DNA of 64,000 bases from an uncultured Nitrososphaerota archaeon. GTDB lineage: Archaea; Thermoproteota; Nitrososphaeria; Nitrososphaerales; Gagatemarchaeaceae. The stretch covers positions 416,001 through 480,000 of the forward strand of contig CAVRAG010000008.1 of the NCBI GenBank assembly GCA_963718895.1. Reading direction: 5' to 3'. Below the pieces are notes generated by a model that did not search any database, had not been told where the DNA came from, and saw only the letters and a list, made by a program, of their open reading frames with translations. Below are positions 20,830 to 32,491 of the stretch, in pieces. Each line of letters opens with the position of its first letter. The stretch's first letter is position 1. Position numbers and translations under genes: made by a program.

Positions 20830-21841
20830 CAAGGACATAGTCCTCGACATTACCGGGGCCGCTAGCCCCGAAGGGTTGCTGAGGGAAGCGAAAGGCGTCG
20901 GGATCAACAAGGCCATCTCGAGGAAGTCCACCTCGGAGGTCCCCGAGGTCGAAGGAGTCCAGGTCGTCAGGGTCTCCGACGCGGCGGGCGACTCCGGCAC
21001 CGCCGCGTGGGTCGAGGTGGCGGGTGCGGGAGACATGGAGAGGGCCGTCGCAGCCGCCGGGCAGGGCCACGCCTTTGTCGTCGTCCAGCCGGAGAACTGG
21101 AAGATCATCCCTCTGGAGAACCTCATCGCGGACTTCCACCGCCAGGGGAAGAAGGTTTACGCTTACATGAAGACCAAGGCCGAGATGGAGATGGCCTTCT
21201 CGATTCTGGAGAAGGGCGTCGACGGGATCGTGGTCCCCGCCGAGTCGCTCCAGGCCGCCGCCGAGATAGTCTCGACCCTCGGGAGAGAAGACCGGTACTC
21301 GCTCCCGGTAGCCAAGGTTACGAAGTTAGTCGACGTCGGCAACGGCGAGCGCGCCTGCATAGACACGGCCTCCCAGCTCACGATAGGCGAGGGGCTCCTC
21401 GTCGGGAGCCGGGCGAGCTTCTTCTTCCTTGTCCACAGCGAGACCATCCCCTCGGAGTACATTCCGACGAGGGAGTTCAGGGTGAACGCGGGAGCGATCC
21501 ACAGCTATGTGCTCGGCGAGGGGGACAAGACGAGATACCTCTCAGAGCTCAGGTCCTCGGACAAGGTCAGGACGGTCATGAGCGACGGCAGGTCCAGGCA
21601 GGTCGTCGTCGGCAGGGTCAAGATCGAGAGGCGGCCGCTGATGATGATCGAGGCCTCAGTTGACGGCGAGCGGGGGACCGTGATGCTTCAGAAGGCCGAG
21701 ACGATCAGGCTGATCCGCCCCGATGGTTCGCCCGTCTCAGTGACGGACATCAAGGTCGGGGACGAAGTACTTGTGCACCTTACGCAGAGCAAGGCGAGGC
21801 ACTTCGGCGGAGAGGTCGACGAGTTCATTCTTGAGAGGTAG
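20816..21841 (+). CDS. aroB': 3-dehydroquinate synthase II
   Basis: WKIIPLENLIA, RACIDT, FRVNAG and QKAETIRL motifs; probable CTG start after a GGAGGT SD. Confidence 0.93.
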   Translation: MPRPDKDIVLDITGAASPEGLLREAKGVGINKAISRKSTSEVPEVEGVQVVRVSDAAGDSGTAAWVEVAGAGDMERAVAAAGQGHAFVVVQPENWKIIPLENLIADFHRQGKKVYAYMKTKAEMEMAFSILEKGVDGIVVPAESLQAAAEIVSTLGREDRYSLPVAKVTKLVDVGNGERACIDTASQLTIGEGLLVGSRASFFFLVHSETIPSEYIPTREFRVNAGAIHSYVLGEGDKTRYLSELRSSDKVRTVMSDGRSRQVVVGRVKIERRPLMMIEASVDGERGTVMLQKAETIRLIRPDGSPVSVTDIKVGDEVLVHLTQSKARHFGGEVDEFILER

Positions 21842-22540
21842 CGAGAGGGCGGCCCGAAGTCTGGGCCGCGTCTGCACGACCATATCATCAGGGACGCCCT
21901 TGGGGATGGTGAAGAAGGCGGCGGCCGCGTTCTCCTTCGGTAGCGACCTCGTCGAGTTCAGGTTCGACCTGCTTCGGGAGCCCGAAGCCGAAGTCCCAGA
22001 GCCTCTGGCACGGCTCGCTCGCAGATCTGTCTTCACCGTAAGGCGGAAGGACGAGGGAGGCGGGTTCGAGGGGACCGAGACAGAGAGGCCGCGCTGCTCT
22101 CGAGGCTCAGCCGGATCCGGCCCCTCTTCATGGATATCGAGCTGAGAACGGCCCAGGAGAACCCGGAATGGTTCCAGGCACTGCCGAGAAGACAGCGGAC
22201 GATCGTCTCGTGGCACTCCCTCGACGGCACCCCCGCGCTCTCGGTCTTGCGGCGGGCGCGGGAGAGGCGCTGGGTCGCTGGGGGATGTGGCGAAGATCGT
22301 GACCATCGGCGAGGAGCTTCGAGGACAGCCTCAGGGTGCTGAGGCTCTACGAGAGCGACCCGCTCGACCTGGTGGCCTTCTGCACGGGCGGCGGCCGGAG
22401 CAGCCTCGCGTCTGGTCAGCATGCAGCTTGGGAGCCCGATAGTCTACGCGTCCCTTCCAGGCGAGCCGGTCGCTCCAGGGCAGATCTCGGTCGAGACCAT
22501 CGCAGGGCTGAAGAGGATTTGGGGGAGAGCCGCCTGGTAG
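21831..22540 (+). CDS. aroD: Type I 3-dehydroquinate dehydratase (multiple frameshifts)
   Basis: DLVEFRFD, FTVRRKDEGG, DIEL, IVSWH and APGQISV motifs spread across frames. Confidence 0.85.
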
Positions 22541-23363
22541 ACTCGTACCGGCTGCTCGGGGAGGACGTTTCTCGATCGCTCTCCCCCGCCATGATGAACG
22601 CGGCCTTCGAAGCGACCGGAGTCGACGCGAGGTACGAGGCGATCAGCGTCGTAAGGGAGGAATTCAGGAGCAGGTTCCTGGCCCTCAAGGGGGAGGTCCA
22701 GGGGATGAACCTCACCATACCGTTCAAGTCCGAGGTCCTTCCTCTTCTTGATGGGCTCGACGAGGTCTCCGCGAGGATAGGCGCTGCCAACGTGGTAGCA
22801 AAGTCGGGGTCTCGTTGCCTGGGTTACAACACCGACGTGAACGGCATCACCGCTCCTCTGAAGGACCATGGTGCGGAGCGGGTCGACCGCGCGCTTCTGC
22901 ATGGGCGCCGGCGGGGCGGCGAGGGCCTTCTGCGAGGCCATGAACCAGATCGGGTGCTCAGAGGTCACCGTCGTGGTCCGCGACAGGGCGAAGGGCGACG
23001 GACTTCGTCTCCGAGATGAAGAGGACATTCCCCAGGATCAGGTTCAGCGCCGTCGGGATAGACGGGATCGGAGGTGCTGAAGCAGACCTCGTATTCAACG
23101 CGACCCCCACAGGCTCGTGGGTCCCGCTCCCGGAGGCGCTCAAGCGGGTTATCTATGGGCACGTGACCGTGTTTGACGCCGTGTACAGACCGATGAAGAC
23201 AGAACTCCTGAGGGCCGCAGAGGAGGTGGGCTCTCCGATAATATACGGATACGAGATGCTCCTGAACCAGGGCACCAAGGCGTTTGAGCTCTGGACGGGA
23301 AAGAAGGCTCCCAGGCAAGTGATGGAGACGGCCCTGCGCTCCTCCTTGGAGGGAGAGCGATGA
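22519..23363 (+). CDS. aroE: Shikimate dehydrogenase (frameshifts)
   Basis: SLSPAMMN, GMNLTIPFK, YNTD, GAGGAAR, NATP and EMLLNQG motifs. Confidence 0.9.
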
Positions 23364-24245
23364 AGGGGAGGGGTTCCACTTTCGGCGCGATCAGCATCGT
23401 GAACGCCATAGCCGGGGGCAAGGGAGTTACGGCGAGCACCAAGCTCGGCACAGAATCCGTAGTGGAGCTGGAGAACAAGCCGGGAGGCTGGTCCGTATTC
23501 GTCAACGAGAAGGAGCGTGGAGTCGAAGCTGGCCTCAGAGACCATAAGATTGGCCCTGAAGATGGCCGGCAGGGAGCCTGCGGACTTCTCCGGGACCGTC
23601 CGCACCGTGACCGCTCTGCCGACAGGGGTGGGGCTCAAGACGTCCTCGTCGTCCTCCTCGGCCATTGCCCTGGCCGTCTTTGCAGCGCTCGGCCAGAGGG
23701 CATTCGACCCCCACAAGATCATGATCTGCAGCATCGACGCGTCCCTGGCGAGCGGAGCCTCCTTTACGGGGGCAATGGACGATTGCGCATCCTGCCTGCT
23801 CGGGGGGATCAACATGGCGGACAATCTGGGGCGGAAGATCGAACGCTCGAAGCTCTTCGACAGACCGCTCAAGATAGCGATCAAGGTCCCGAAGACCCCG
23901 AGCAAGAGGGGCGCGGTCGAAGTCGCTGAGGTAAGGAAGCTGGGGAAGGTCGCGGAGGTCCTGTACAGGATGTGCACGGAGGGGGACCTCTGGCGGGCCA
24001 TGACGCTGAACGGGGTCCTCTACTCTGGAATCTACGGATATGACTCGAGGCCGGCGCTCCTCGCGGTGGAGCACGGCGCCCTGGGCGCGTCCCTGTCTGG
24101 GACGGGGCCGGCCACGGCGGCTGTGTTCGATCCAAAGTCGAGCTCCGAGATGGGTCACCTCGTCGAGGCCTGGGCCTCGGACGGCAGTCAGGTGCTGGAG
24201 ACGGAGACCAACAACGAGCACGGGAGGATAGAGGCCATTGAGTAG
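23360..24245 (+). CDS. aroK: Archaeal (GHMP-type) shikimate kinase (frameshift ~23515)
   Basis: GAISIVNAI, GVGLKTSSS, TGAMDD and LSGTGPA motifs. Confidence 0.92.
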
Positions 24246-25524
24246 CACGACGGTGACCGTCGGCGGACGGCTCGAGGGGAGAGTCAGGGTCCCTCCGAGC
24301 AAGAGCTACACCCATCGGGCGGTCCTGATGGCGAGCCTTGCCGAAGGCGGGTCGACCATCTCAAACGCCCTGTTCTCCCGCGATACCAGGGCCACGATGG
24401 CCGCCTGCAGGTCGATGGGCGCCCGCCTTGAGGAGTCGGGTTTGACAATCAGGGTGGACGGCACGGCGCCGAGAACCCCCGAAGACGTCGTGAACGTCGA
24501 GAACTCAGGGACGACTCTCAGGTTCATGACGTCCGCGTTCGCAGCCGCGCCGGAGGGATATGTGGTCCTCACGGGCGACTCGAGCATCAGGAGAAGGCCG
24601 ATGCAGCCCCTACTGGACACGCTAAAGGAGCTCGGAGTCGAGGCGTGGTCGACCCGAGGGAACGGGTGCGCGCCGGTCGTCGTTAGAGCGGGGGGCATCG
24701 CGGGAGGGAGCGCCACCATCAGGGGGGACGTTTCGTCCCAGTTCGTGTCCTCTCTCCTCATCTCCTCACCCATGGCGGAGAGGGAGACGTCGCTTGCGGT
24801 CGCCGACGCAGTCTCAAGGCCGTACATCGAGGCGACCCTCAACCTGTCCCGCCGATTCGGAATCAGGATCGAAAGGGAGGGCTTCACCCGGTTCCAGGTG
24901 GCGCCAGGTCAGAGGTACGAGCACTGCGACTTTACGGTCCCCGCGGACTTCAGTTCGGCCTCTTTCATCGTCGCGGCGGTCGGCCTCGCGGGGGGAAAGG
25001 TCGTCCTCGAGGACCTGAACCCGGCCCTCCCCCAGGGCGACTCTGCCATCCTTGGTATCGCGTCGGCGATGGGCGTCCGGGTGAACCAGGGCGACGACTC
25101 GGTCACCGTCGAGTCGGACGGCGCGGGGCTGAACGGTGGGACCTTCAACCTGGGAGACACACCCGACCTCCTCCCTGTCGTCGCCGCCCTCGCGCTCAGG
25201 AGCGAGTCCCCGGTGGAGGTCGTCGGGACGGCGCACGCCAGGTTCAAGGAGACCGACAGGATAGCGATACTCTCGAGCGAACTCTCGAAGCTGGGCGTCA
25301 AGATAGAGGAGAGGCAGGACGGCATGAAGATATCACCGTCCGGAGAGCTGAGGTCTGCTCTCCTGGACGCGCACGACGACCACCGGATGTTCATGGCGTT
25401 CTCTCTGGCGTCGCTGCTCGTCCCGGGAGGGGTCCCGGTCGTCGGGGCGGAGAGCCTGGACGTCTCCTACCCAGGGTTCCTCGAAGACATGAAGAGGCTA
25501 GGTGCGAGGGTGGAGAGCCCATGA
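24238..25524 (+). CDS. aroA: EPSP synthase
   Basis: PPSKSYTHR, NSGTTLRF, SSQFVS, KETDR and DHRM motifs. Confidence 0.96.
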   Translation: MSSTTVTVGGRLEGRVRVPPSKSYTHRAVLMASLAEGGSTISNALFSRDTRATMAACRSMGARLEESGLTIRVDGTAPRTPEDVVNVENSGTTLRFMTSAFAAAPEGYVVLTGDSSIRRRPMQPLLDTLKELGVEAWSTRGNGCAPVVVRAGGIAGGSATIRGDVSSQFVSSLLISSPMAERETSLAVADAVSRPYIEATLNLSRRFGIRIEREGFTRFQVAPGQRYEHCDFTVPADFSSASFIVAAVGLAGGKVVLEDLNPALPQGDSAILGIASAMGVRVNQGDDSVTVESDGAGLNGGTFNLGDTPDLLPVVAALALRSESPVEVVGTAHARFKETDRIAILSSELSKLGVKIEERQDGMKISPSGELRSALLDAHDDHRMFMAFSLASLLVPGGVPVVGAESLDVSYPGFLEDMKRLGARVESP

Positions 25525-26627
25525 CGGGCAACATAGTGGGCGAGCGGTTCGTCCTCGCAAGCTTCGGGGAGAGCCACGGGAAGGTCGTAGGCGCCGTCAT
25601 CGACGGCTGCCCGGCGGGCCTGAGGATCTCGGAGGAGGACATCCAGAGGGACCTCGACCTGAGGAAGCCGGGTCAGTCCATCGTGACGACCCAGAGGAAG
25701 GAGGGCGACGTCGTGGAGATAATGAGCGGGACGTTCAGGGGATACACCACCGGCGCCCCGATCATGATGCTGATACGCAACCAGGACCAGGACTCCCGCG
25801 CCTACGAGGCGCTGGTCAACACGCCTCGACCGGGGCACGCAGACGCGACCTCCAAGGCAAAGTACGGAGCCTTCAACGACTACAGGGGAGGCGGGAGGTT
25901 CTCGGGGAGGATAACGGCGACCTTCGTGATGGGCGGAGCCGTGGCCAAGAAGCTCCTCCGAGAGACCCTCGGCATAGAGATCATCGCATACACCTCCGAA
26001 CTGGGCGGCCTGAGGGCCGAGGGGTTCACCCTGGAAGAGGCCAGGAAGAACAGGTACTCGAACGAGGTGAGGTCTCCCGACCTGACGGCGGCCGAGGAGA
26101 TGAGGAAGAGGGTGATCGAGATGAGAGGCAAGGGCGACAGTCTGGGCGGAGTGGTCGAGTGCGTAGCGCTGAACGTGCCCCAGGGGCTCGGCGAGCCGGT
26201 CTTCGGTTCGCTCGACTCCGACCTGGCGAGGATAGCGCTGGCCATCCCGGCCGTGAAGGGCGTAGAGTTCGGGTCTGGGTTCGCGTCCACCCGCTTGACC
26301 GGGACCCAGAACAACGACCTCTTCAAGATGCGCGACGGCAGGCTCTTCTCGGAGACCAACAACGCAGGGGGGATACTAGGTGGCATCTCCAGCGGCATGC
26401 CCATCGTCTACAGGATAGCCTTCAAGCCGGCAGCCTCTGTGGCAGCGAAGCAGCGGACCTTCGACACGGCGAAGAACGAGGAGGTGGACCTCGTGGTCCC
26501 GGGAAGGCACGACCCCACCGTCGTACCGAGGGCCGTCCCCGTGGTCGAGAGCGTCACGGCGCTCGTCCTTGCGGACCATGCGATCAGGGGCGGATTTATT
26601 GCCCCGGTCCTCAAGCTGGTGGATTGA
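25521..26627 (+). CDS. aroC: Chorismate synthase
   Basis: FGESHG, RPGHAD, GGGRFSGR, NNAGGILGG and GRHDP motifs. Confidence 0.97.
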   Translation: MTGNIVGERFVLASFGESHGKVVGAVIDGCPAGLRISEEDIQRDLDLRKPGQSIVTTQRKEGDVVEIMSGTFRGYTTGAPIMMLIRNQDQDSRAYEALVNTPRPGHADATSKAKYGAFNDYRGGGRFSGRITATFVMGGAVAKKLLRETLGIEIIAYTSELGGLRAEGFTLEEARKNRYSNEVRSPDLTAAEEMRKRVIEMRGKGDSLGGVVECVALNVPQGLGEPVFGSLDSDLARIALAIPAVKGVEFGSGFASTRLTGTQNNDLFKMRDGRLFSETNNAGGILGGISSGMPIVYRIAFKPAASVAAKQRTFDTAKNEEVDLVVPGRHDPTVVPRAVPVVESVTALVLADHAIRGGFIAPVLKLVD

Positions 26628-28022
26628 TGAGCTCCGAGAAGGAACTCAGGCGACCTGAGGGAGCAGGTCGCGGACAAGACGAGGCAGATAATCGAACTTA
26701 TCGCCGCGAGGAACGCCCTGGCTCAGAAGATCGGGGCTATCAAGTCGAGGGAGTCCCTGCCGGTCGAGGACGGCAGGGTCGAGGACTCGCTCGTCAGGCT
26801 CGTGATGCAGGAGTGTGAGGAGAAGGGGGTCGACGTCCAGGCGGGGCTCAAGGTCCTCAACACCATCCTCGCCGAGGGCAAGCGCGTACAGGGATTCCAG
26901 ACGAGGCAGTCTCTGATCACTCCCACGATGATGGGCGCCAAGGCCCGCGAACTGGAGGCGAGCGGGAGGCAGCTCCTCAGGCTCGACGTCGGGGAGCCGG
27001 ACTTCCACCCACCGAAGGCGGTGCTCGATGCGACCTCGCAGGCCCTCTACGCCTTCAAGACCCACTACACGGGGACGCGCGGCATCCCCGAGCTCGTCAC
27101 GGCCGTCAGGCGCTATCTCGAGAGGAAGCACCACTACTCTGCCAAGGACTCGGAGCTCATGGTAGCCCCGGGGGGCAGGTTCTGCGTCTACATGGCGCTG
27201 GCGACCGCCGTCAGGGAGGGCGAGAGCGCCTTGGTCATAGAGCCCAACTGGCCCGCCTACAAAGAGGTGCTCCAGTTCATCGGGGCCAGGGCCGTCACCG
27301 TCCGCACGACCATGGAGGAGAGATGGGAACCCTCCGTGGAGGCCATACACGACGCCATCAGGCCAAACACCAAGGCGATCCTCCTCAGCTACCCGGCGAA
27401 TCCAACCGGGAAGATTATCTCGCCGGCCAAGTTCAAGGAAATCGTCGGACTCGCGAACGACCATAGGCTGACCATAGTCAGCGACGAGATCTACACCGAC
27501 TACGCGTACAGCGAGTGCCCGAGCATCATGGGGTCGGGTGCGCAGAGGTTCATCCTCACGTCCTCCTTCTCGAAGACCTGGGCGATGACGGGGTTCAGAG
27601 TGGGATACGCCGTCTCCTCCGAGGAGACGATATCCAGGATGATGAAGATACAGGCCCTGATCGTCACGTCAGTCCCGGAGTTCATCCAGTACGGCGCCAT
27701 AAAGGCCCTCGAGAGCGACGCCGAGGTCGCCCAGAACTCGGCGGCGATGAAGGAGCGCATACAGGCGGCGAGCAAGGAGCTGGACGCCATAGACGCGCTT
27801 CAATACGTCAGGCCTGACGGGGCGATGTACGTCTTCCCTCAGGCCAGGAAGTTGGACTTCGACTCCTCCGACTTCACCATGAAGCTGCTCGAGCAGAAGG
27901 GGGTGACGATCTCTCCGGGTACTGGGTTCGGCGACTATCCTCGATGCTTCAGGATCTCCCTCGGCGGTTCAATGGAGACGATCGTAGGCGGGATCAGGAA
28001 GATAGGGGAATTGATCGGTTGA
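26627..28022 (+). CDS. Chorismate mutase (AroQ) fused to class I/II aminotransferase (frameshift ~26650)
   Basis: N-terminal LREQV..RNALAQKIGAIK...ED.RVE (CM_2 pattern), then GEPDF, NPTG, SDEIY and SFSKTWAMTGFRVG (PLP Lys). Confidence 0.88.
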
Positions 28023-28867
28023 AGGTCGCGGTCATCGGGTCCTCCGGCGGGATGGGCAGCTTCTTCGCAAGATACTTCCTCTCAAGGGGAATGGAGGTCG
28101 TCGGCTCGGACTCAAGGAAGAAGACGCTCAAGAATCCACATTTCTCGTTCGTTAGGTCCAACGCGGAGGCCGTCAAGGGAGCGGAGATCGTGGTCGTTGC
28201 GACCCCCATAGACACGACAGTCGAGACGGTCAGGGCCTTCGCCAGAAACCTGGCTCCCGGCGCCTGCGTGATCGAGATGACCTCCGTAAAGGGAAAGATG
28301 CTCGGGGCGCTAAGGGAACGGGTCGCCGGGCGGAGGGCCAGGCTCCTCTCCCTTCACCCGCTCTTCGGCCCCTCCCTCAGGTCGCAGAACGAGATGAAGC
28401 TCTGCGTGATAGAGACTGATTCGGGCTCGCTCGCCGTGGCGCGCTCGCTCTTTCCGGAGGCGACGCTCATCCCGATGAAGGCGCGGGAGCACGACAGGAT
28501 GATGGCCATGATTCTCTCGCTCACCCACCTGGTGAACATCGCATACGCGGGGACGGTCAGCAGGTACCTCGAGCCCGGGGAGTTCAGGAGGATTCAGACG
28601 CCCACCTCGGCGGTCCAGCTCACCCTCGCCGAAGGTGTCCTCTCCCAGAACCCATCGCTCTACTCTTACATCCAGCTCGAGAACGAGTTCTCATCGGAGT
28701 TCGCCGACGCCCTCATCAAGGAACTCGGGTCGCTCAAGCGGCTGATCGAGAGGAGAGACAGAAAGGGCTTCGAGAAGCGCTTCAGCGGACTCTCCAAGAA
28801 GTATGCCGGCGACTCCAAGTCTGCTCTCGACCTCGTCTACCAGGCTTTCGAGAGGTCGTCCCGCTAG
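28019..28867 (+). CDS. tyrA: Prephenate/arogenate dehydrogenase
   Basis: IGSSGGMG, TSVK, HPLFGP and EHDRMMA..LTH motifs. Confidence 0.92.
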   Translation: MKVAVIGSSGGMGSFFARYFLSRGMEVVGSDSRKKTLKNPHFSFVRSNAEAVKGAEIVVVATPIDTTVETVRAFARNLAPGACVIEMTSVKGKMLGALRERVAGRRARLLSLHPLFGPSLRSQNEMKLCVIETDSGSLAVARSLFPEATLIPMKAREHDRMMAMILSLTHLVNIAYAGTVSRYLEPGEFRRIQTPTSAVQLTLAEGVLSQNPSLYSYIQLENEFSSEFADALIKELGSLKRLIERRDRKGFEKRFSGLSKKYAGDSKSALDLVYQAFERSSR

Positions 28868-29793
28868 AGCCGGATGAGAAGCAGCCCCAGAAGGAACGCC
28901 CCGAGGGGGACCGCCACCCACATGACGATCGACTCAGCGGCCAGCCTTGTGTTGATCGCCGACGTTTGTTTTGTGAAGGCAGCGCCGAACATCCCACCAA
29001 GGAGGCACTGGCTGATAGATATCGGAATGGCGAACTGCGTGCCCACCCAGATGAGGACGGCGCTGCTCAGGAAGGTCGCCACCACGCCGAACGGGCTCAG
29101 CCCTAGGAGCCGGTCGCCGATCGTCCCCGAGATGGCACCCCTGCCCAGCGCCACCATTCCCGCCACGGCGACGACCACGAGGAGCAGCAGGAGGCCCTCG
29201 GAGGCAGGGGCGCCGTTGAGCGCCATGCCATAGATCAGCCCGACGTTGTTCGCGCCCAGAACGTATGCAATGATCAGGGACGTGACTATCACGCCGTATC
29301 TGCTCGCACCGTCGACCGCCAGAAGACTCAGTCCCGAGGTCGATCTCACGATTATCCTGTAGAAGAGGAATGCCAGGGCCGCCGCGAGGAGAGGCGAGAT
29401 GAACCAGAAGGCCGCTATGCCCTCGAGCCGAGGGCCGTTGAGGGGAAGGGATGAGCCGTAGGCCGCTCCCGCAAAGGCCCCGACGATAGCCATGCTGAAG
29501 GAGACAGGAAGCTTCGCGGTCGAAAGCACAAAGGTCATCAAGAGCGAGACGACTAGCGCCACCACGACGACCTGGTCCCCGGCGGTGGGCGTGACGCTTC
29601 CGCTCAGGCTCCTAAGCATCTGAGACCCTTCGAGCACGACCCCGAGAAGGAGCCCAGCCGAGGAGACGATCAGCGCCTCTCGGAGCGTCAGGGAGCCAGA
29701 ACCCTCGCCGCTGCCTATCAGGAAGGAGCTGTTGTTCCAGCCGAAGACGAAGGCAAGGAGGACCCCCAGGGCGAGGACGAGGTCGCTAGCCAT
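28864..29793 (-). CDS. PiT-family inorganic phosphate transporter
   Basis: GWNN and GANN repeats, LPVSFS and IPISISQ motifs; paired with DUF47. Confidence 0.88.
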   Translation of the reverse strand: MASDLVLALGVLLAFVFGWNNSSFLIGSGEGSGSLTLREALIVSSAGLLLGVVLEGSQMLRSLSGSVTPTAGDQVVVVALVVSLLMTFVLSTAKLPVSFSMAIVGAFAGAAYGSSLPLNGPRLEGIAAFWFISPLLAAALAFLFYRIIVRSTSGLSLLAVDGASRYGVIVTSLIIAYVLGANNVGLIYGMALNGAPASEGLLLLLVVVAVAGMVALGRGAISGTIGDRLLGLSPFGVVATFLSSAVLIWVGTQFAIPISISQCLLGGMFGAAFTKQTSAINTRLAAESIVMWVAVPLGAFLLGLLLIRL

Positions 29794-30460
29794 AGCCTTT
29801 CGCGACCAAGACCAAGACGACGTCGCTGGCCCTCTCGGAGTTGTCGGCGATCTGATCTGAGGTGAAGATGAAATCGCGCAGCTCGATGATGGAGACCGGG
29901 TCCATCGTCCAAGGCTTGCTGAACAGCCGCCTCAAGAGGTTGTCCTTCTCGGTGTCGGCAGCCTCCTCGTAGTCCTCGATCACGCGCACCTTCGAGAGGA
30001 CCTCCTTCTTGTTGACCTGAAGTGCGTGGATGAGCGTCTCGAGTGAGGTCACGGCGGACAGGAGGTTCTGTTGGAAGCTCATCATGTGCTCGCTCTTGAG
30101 CAGACTCAGGTATCCCGAATCAGCCTCCGCTCCTATGATCAGCAGCCTCGCTGCATCCTTGGCGCTTACGGCTATGCGGTCGTCCGTCTGGATGAGCGTG
30201 ATGATGTCCTCGCGCACGCCCCCGAAGAAGGCGCCCTCCGCGATCTTCGCGCTGAGGTCCCTCCGAATCTCTTTGGCCTTCGCCTCCAGCTGGAGCACCT
30301 CCTCGAAGAGCTGCTGGGCGGACGGGTCCTCCACAGCGCATGCTGAGACGAGCTTCTGGTAGGTCATGACGCACTGCTTCACCACGGAGAGATGTTGCTC
30401 CAGGCCCTCGATTATCGACCTCTCCCTGCCACCCAGAGAAAAAGAGGGGAACCGCACCAA
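29786..30460 (-). CDS. DUF47/PhoU-like PiT accessory protein
   Basis: E..AKE.R, REDI..L...DD and E.AD..D.IAD..E repeats. Confidence 0.88.
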   Translation of the reverse strand: MVRFPSFSLGGRERSIIEGLEQHLSVVKQCVMTYQKLVSACAVEDPSAQQLFEEVLQLEAKAKEIRRDLSAKIAEGAFFGGVREDIITLIQTDDRIAVSAKDAARLLIIGAEADSGYLSLLKSEHMMSFQQNLLSAVTSLETLIHALQVNKKEVLSKVRVIEDYEEAADTEKDNLLRRLFSKPWTMDPVSIIELRDFIFTSDQIADNSERASDVVLVLVAKGYG

Positions 30461-30487
30461 GGATGATGATTTGCGGAGTCAGGGTAA

Positions 30488-31306
30488 TTAAGTCTGGCTC
30501 GCGGAGTGGGCTCTGGTCGCCGCCTTGAGCGACCGGACATACTCTTCAATCTCCTTCAGCATCTCAGCCTGCGGTTTTCCGGAGGCGACCCTGTTCACTA
30601 TGCTGCTCCCGACTATCACCGCGTCCGCCCCCGCACCTAGGACGGCCCTGACGTGCTCCGGCCTCGAGATGCCGAAACCCACACCCAATGGAACCTTCCC
30701 GCGGGTCAGCCGCTTCGTCGACCGGACCAGCTTCAGGGTATCGGCGTCGAGCTGGGACCGCGCGCCCGTGACTCCCAGAAGGGAGACGAGATAGAGGAAC
30801 CCCGTCGAGTGCATCACCAGTGACTTCATCCGGTCTGGAGAAGTCGTCGGCGCGGCTAGAAGGATGGTATCGAGCCGGTGTCTCCTGGCGATTCTGGAGT
30901 ACTCGGCGGTCTCGTCGAGGGGCAGGTCCGGTATGATCAGGCCGTCGACGCCAGCCTCGCTCGCGTCGGCCAAGAACCGGTCCAAACCCGGCGAGTACAG
31001 GATGTTGTAGTAGGTCATTATGGCGATCGGGATGTCGCGCCCCTTCTTGATCTTCGCGACCAGTCGAAGGACGTCCGCCGGCCTCGTCCCCGACGCCAGC
31101 GCCCTCACGGCGGCTTCCTGGATCGACTTGCCGTCGGCGATTGGGTCGGAGAAGGGTATCCCGAGCTCGATGATGTCAGCGCCCCCTGCAGCCAGGGCCT
31201 CGACCACCTTCTCGGTGGTCTCGATGTCGGGGTCTCCTCCCATCACGTAAGCTATGAGCGCCCCCTCGTCCTTCAGAGACCGGAAGACCCTCGAGATGTT
31301 GCTCAA
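30488..31306 (-). CDS. trpA: Tryptophan synthase alpha
   Basis: [20 protein letters not shown] and GFGIS motifs; TTG start overlaps the trpB stop. Confidence 0.95.
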   Translation of the reverse strand: MSNISRVFRSLKDEGALIAYVMGGDPDIETTEKVVEALAAGGADIIELGIPFSDPIADGKSIQEAAVRALASGTRPADVLRLVAKIKKGRDIPIAIMTYYNILYSPGLDRFLADASEAGVDGLIIPDLPLDETAEYSRIARRHRLDTILLAAPTTSPDRMKSLVMHSTGFLYLVSLLGVTGARSQLDADTLKLVRSTKRLTRGKVPLGVGFGISRPEHVRAVLGAGADAVIVGSSIVNRVASGKPQAEMLKEIEEYVRSLKAATRAHSASQT

Positions 31307-32491
31307 AGCTCGAGACCCGCCCTCTTCGCTATGATCTGGACATCCTTGTCGCCTCGTCCCGAGAGTGTTATCACGACCGACTCGTCCTTCTTCATCCTCC
31401 CGGCGAGCTTGAGGGCGTAGGCTACGGCGTGCGCGGACTCGAGAGCAGGGATGATTCCTTCCTCCTCTCGAGACGAGGTGGAAGGCCCTGACAGCCTCCT
31501 CGTCCGCGACGGAGATGTACGTCGCCCTTCCGGTGTCCTTGAGGGACGAGTGCTCTGGTCCCACTCCGGGATAGTCAAGGCCTGCAGAGATGCTCTCGGT
31601 GGGCAGGACCTGGCCGTCACCGTCCTGCAGGAGGTAGGTGAGCATCCCGTGAAGAACCCCCGGCCGTCCTTCGACCAGGGTGGCCGCGCTCCTGCCCCTT
31701 CCGGTCCCTCCTGCCTCGACACCGTAGAGCTTCACCGACCCGTCCCGGGCGAAAGGATGGAAGCTGCCCATTGCATTGCTGCCGCCGCCGACGCACGCCA
31801 CGATCGCGTCCGGCAACCTTCCCTCCTTGCTCCTCATCTGACGTTTGACCTCTCGTCCGATCACGCTCTGAAAGTCTCTGACCATGACCGGATACGGATG
31901 CGGCCCCACCACTGAGCCTATGATGTAGTAGGTCTCCTCGAGGTTCGTGACCCAGTCCCTGAGCGCCTCGTTTATCGCGTCTTTGAGGGTCCTGGACCCG
32001 CTGCCCACGCTGTGGACCTCTGCCCCGAGGAGGCGCATCCGGAAGACATTGAGCTTCTGTCGCTCGATATCCTCCGACCCCATGTAGACCTCGGACTTGA
32101 GCCCCAGGACGGCACACGCCATTGCCGTGGCGACGCCGTGCTGCCCGGCCCCCGTCTCTGCGATGACCCTGGGCTTCCCCATCCTCTTTGCGAGGAGTGC
32201 CTGCCCGAGAGTGTTGTTGATTTTGTGAGCGCCGCTGTGGAGGAGGTCCTCACGCTTGAGGTAGATTTTCGCCCCTCCAGCGAGCTTGGTGAGGTTCTTC
32301 GCGAGGTAGAGAGGTGTGGGCCTCCCGGCGTAGTCGGAGAGCAGGCCAGCGAGCTCGGCCTTGAAACCTGGGTCGTTTCTCAGCGAGAGGTACTCGCGCT
32401 CCAGCTCCTTCACGGCCGGCACCAGCGTCTCGGGGATGAACTGGCCCCCGTAGCTCCCGAACCGACCATTTCTTGGATAATCCTTGCTCAT
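31303..32491 (-). CDS. trpB: Tryptophan synthase beta (TrpB1), frameshift ~31465
   Basis: [35 protein letters not shown] and [12 protein letters not shown] motifs. Confidence 0.95.

Noticed and set aside
26627-28022. Chorismate mutase-aminotransferase fusion as a novelty
   Set aside because: This fusion is, to my knowledge, already typical of Thaumarchaeota.
30488-32491. Apparent TrpB-TrpA fusion (667 aa ORF)
   Set aside because: The TrpB C-terminus ([12 protein letters not shown]...) lies in another frame with its own stop at 31303. A single indel creates the fusion.
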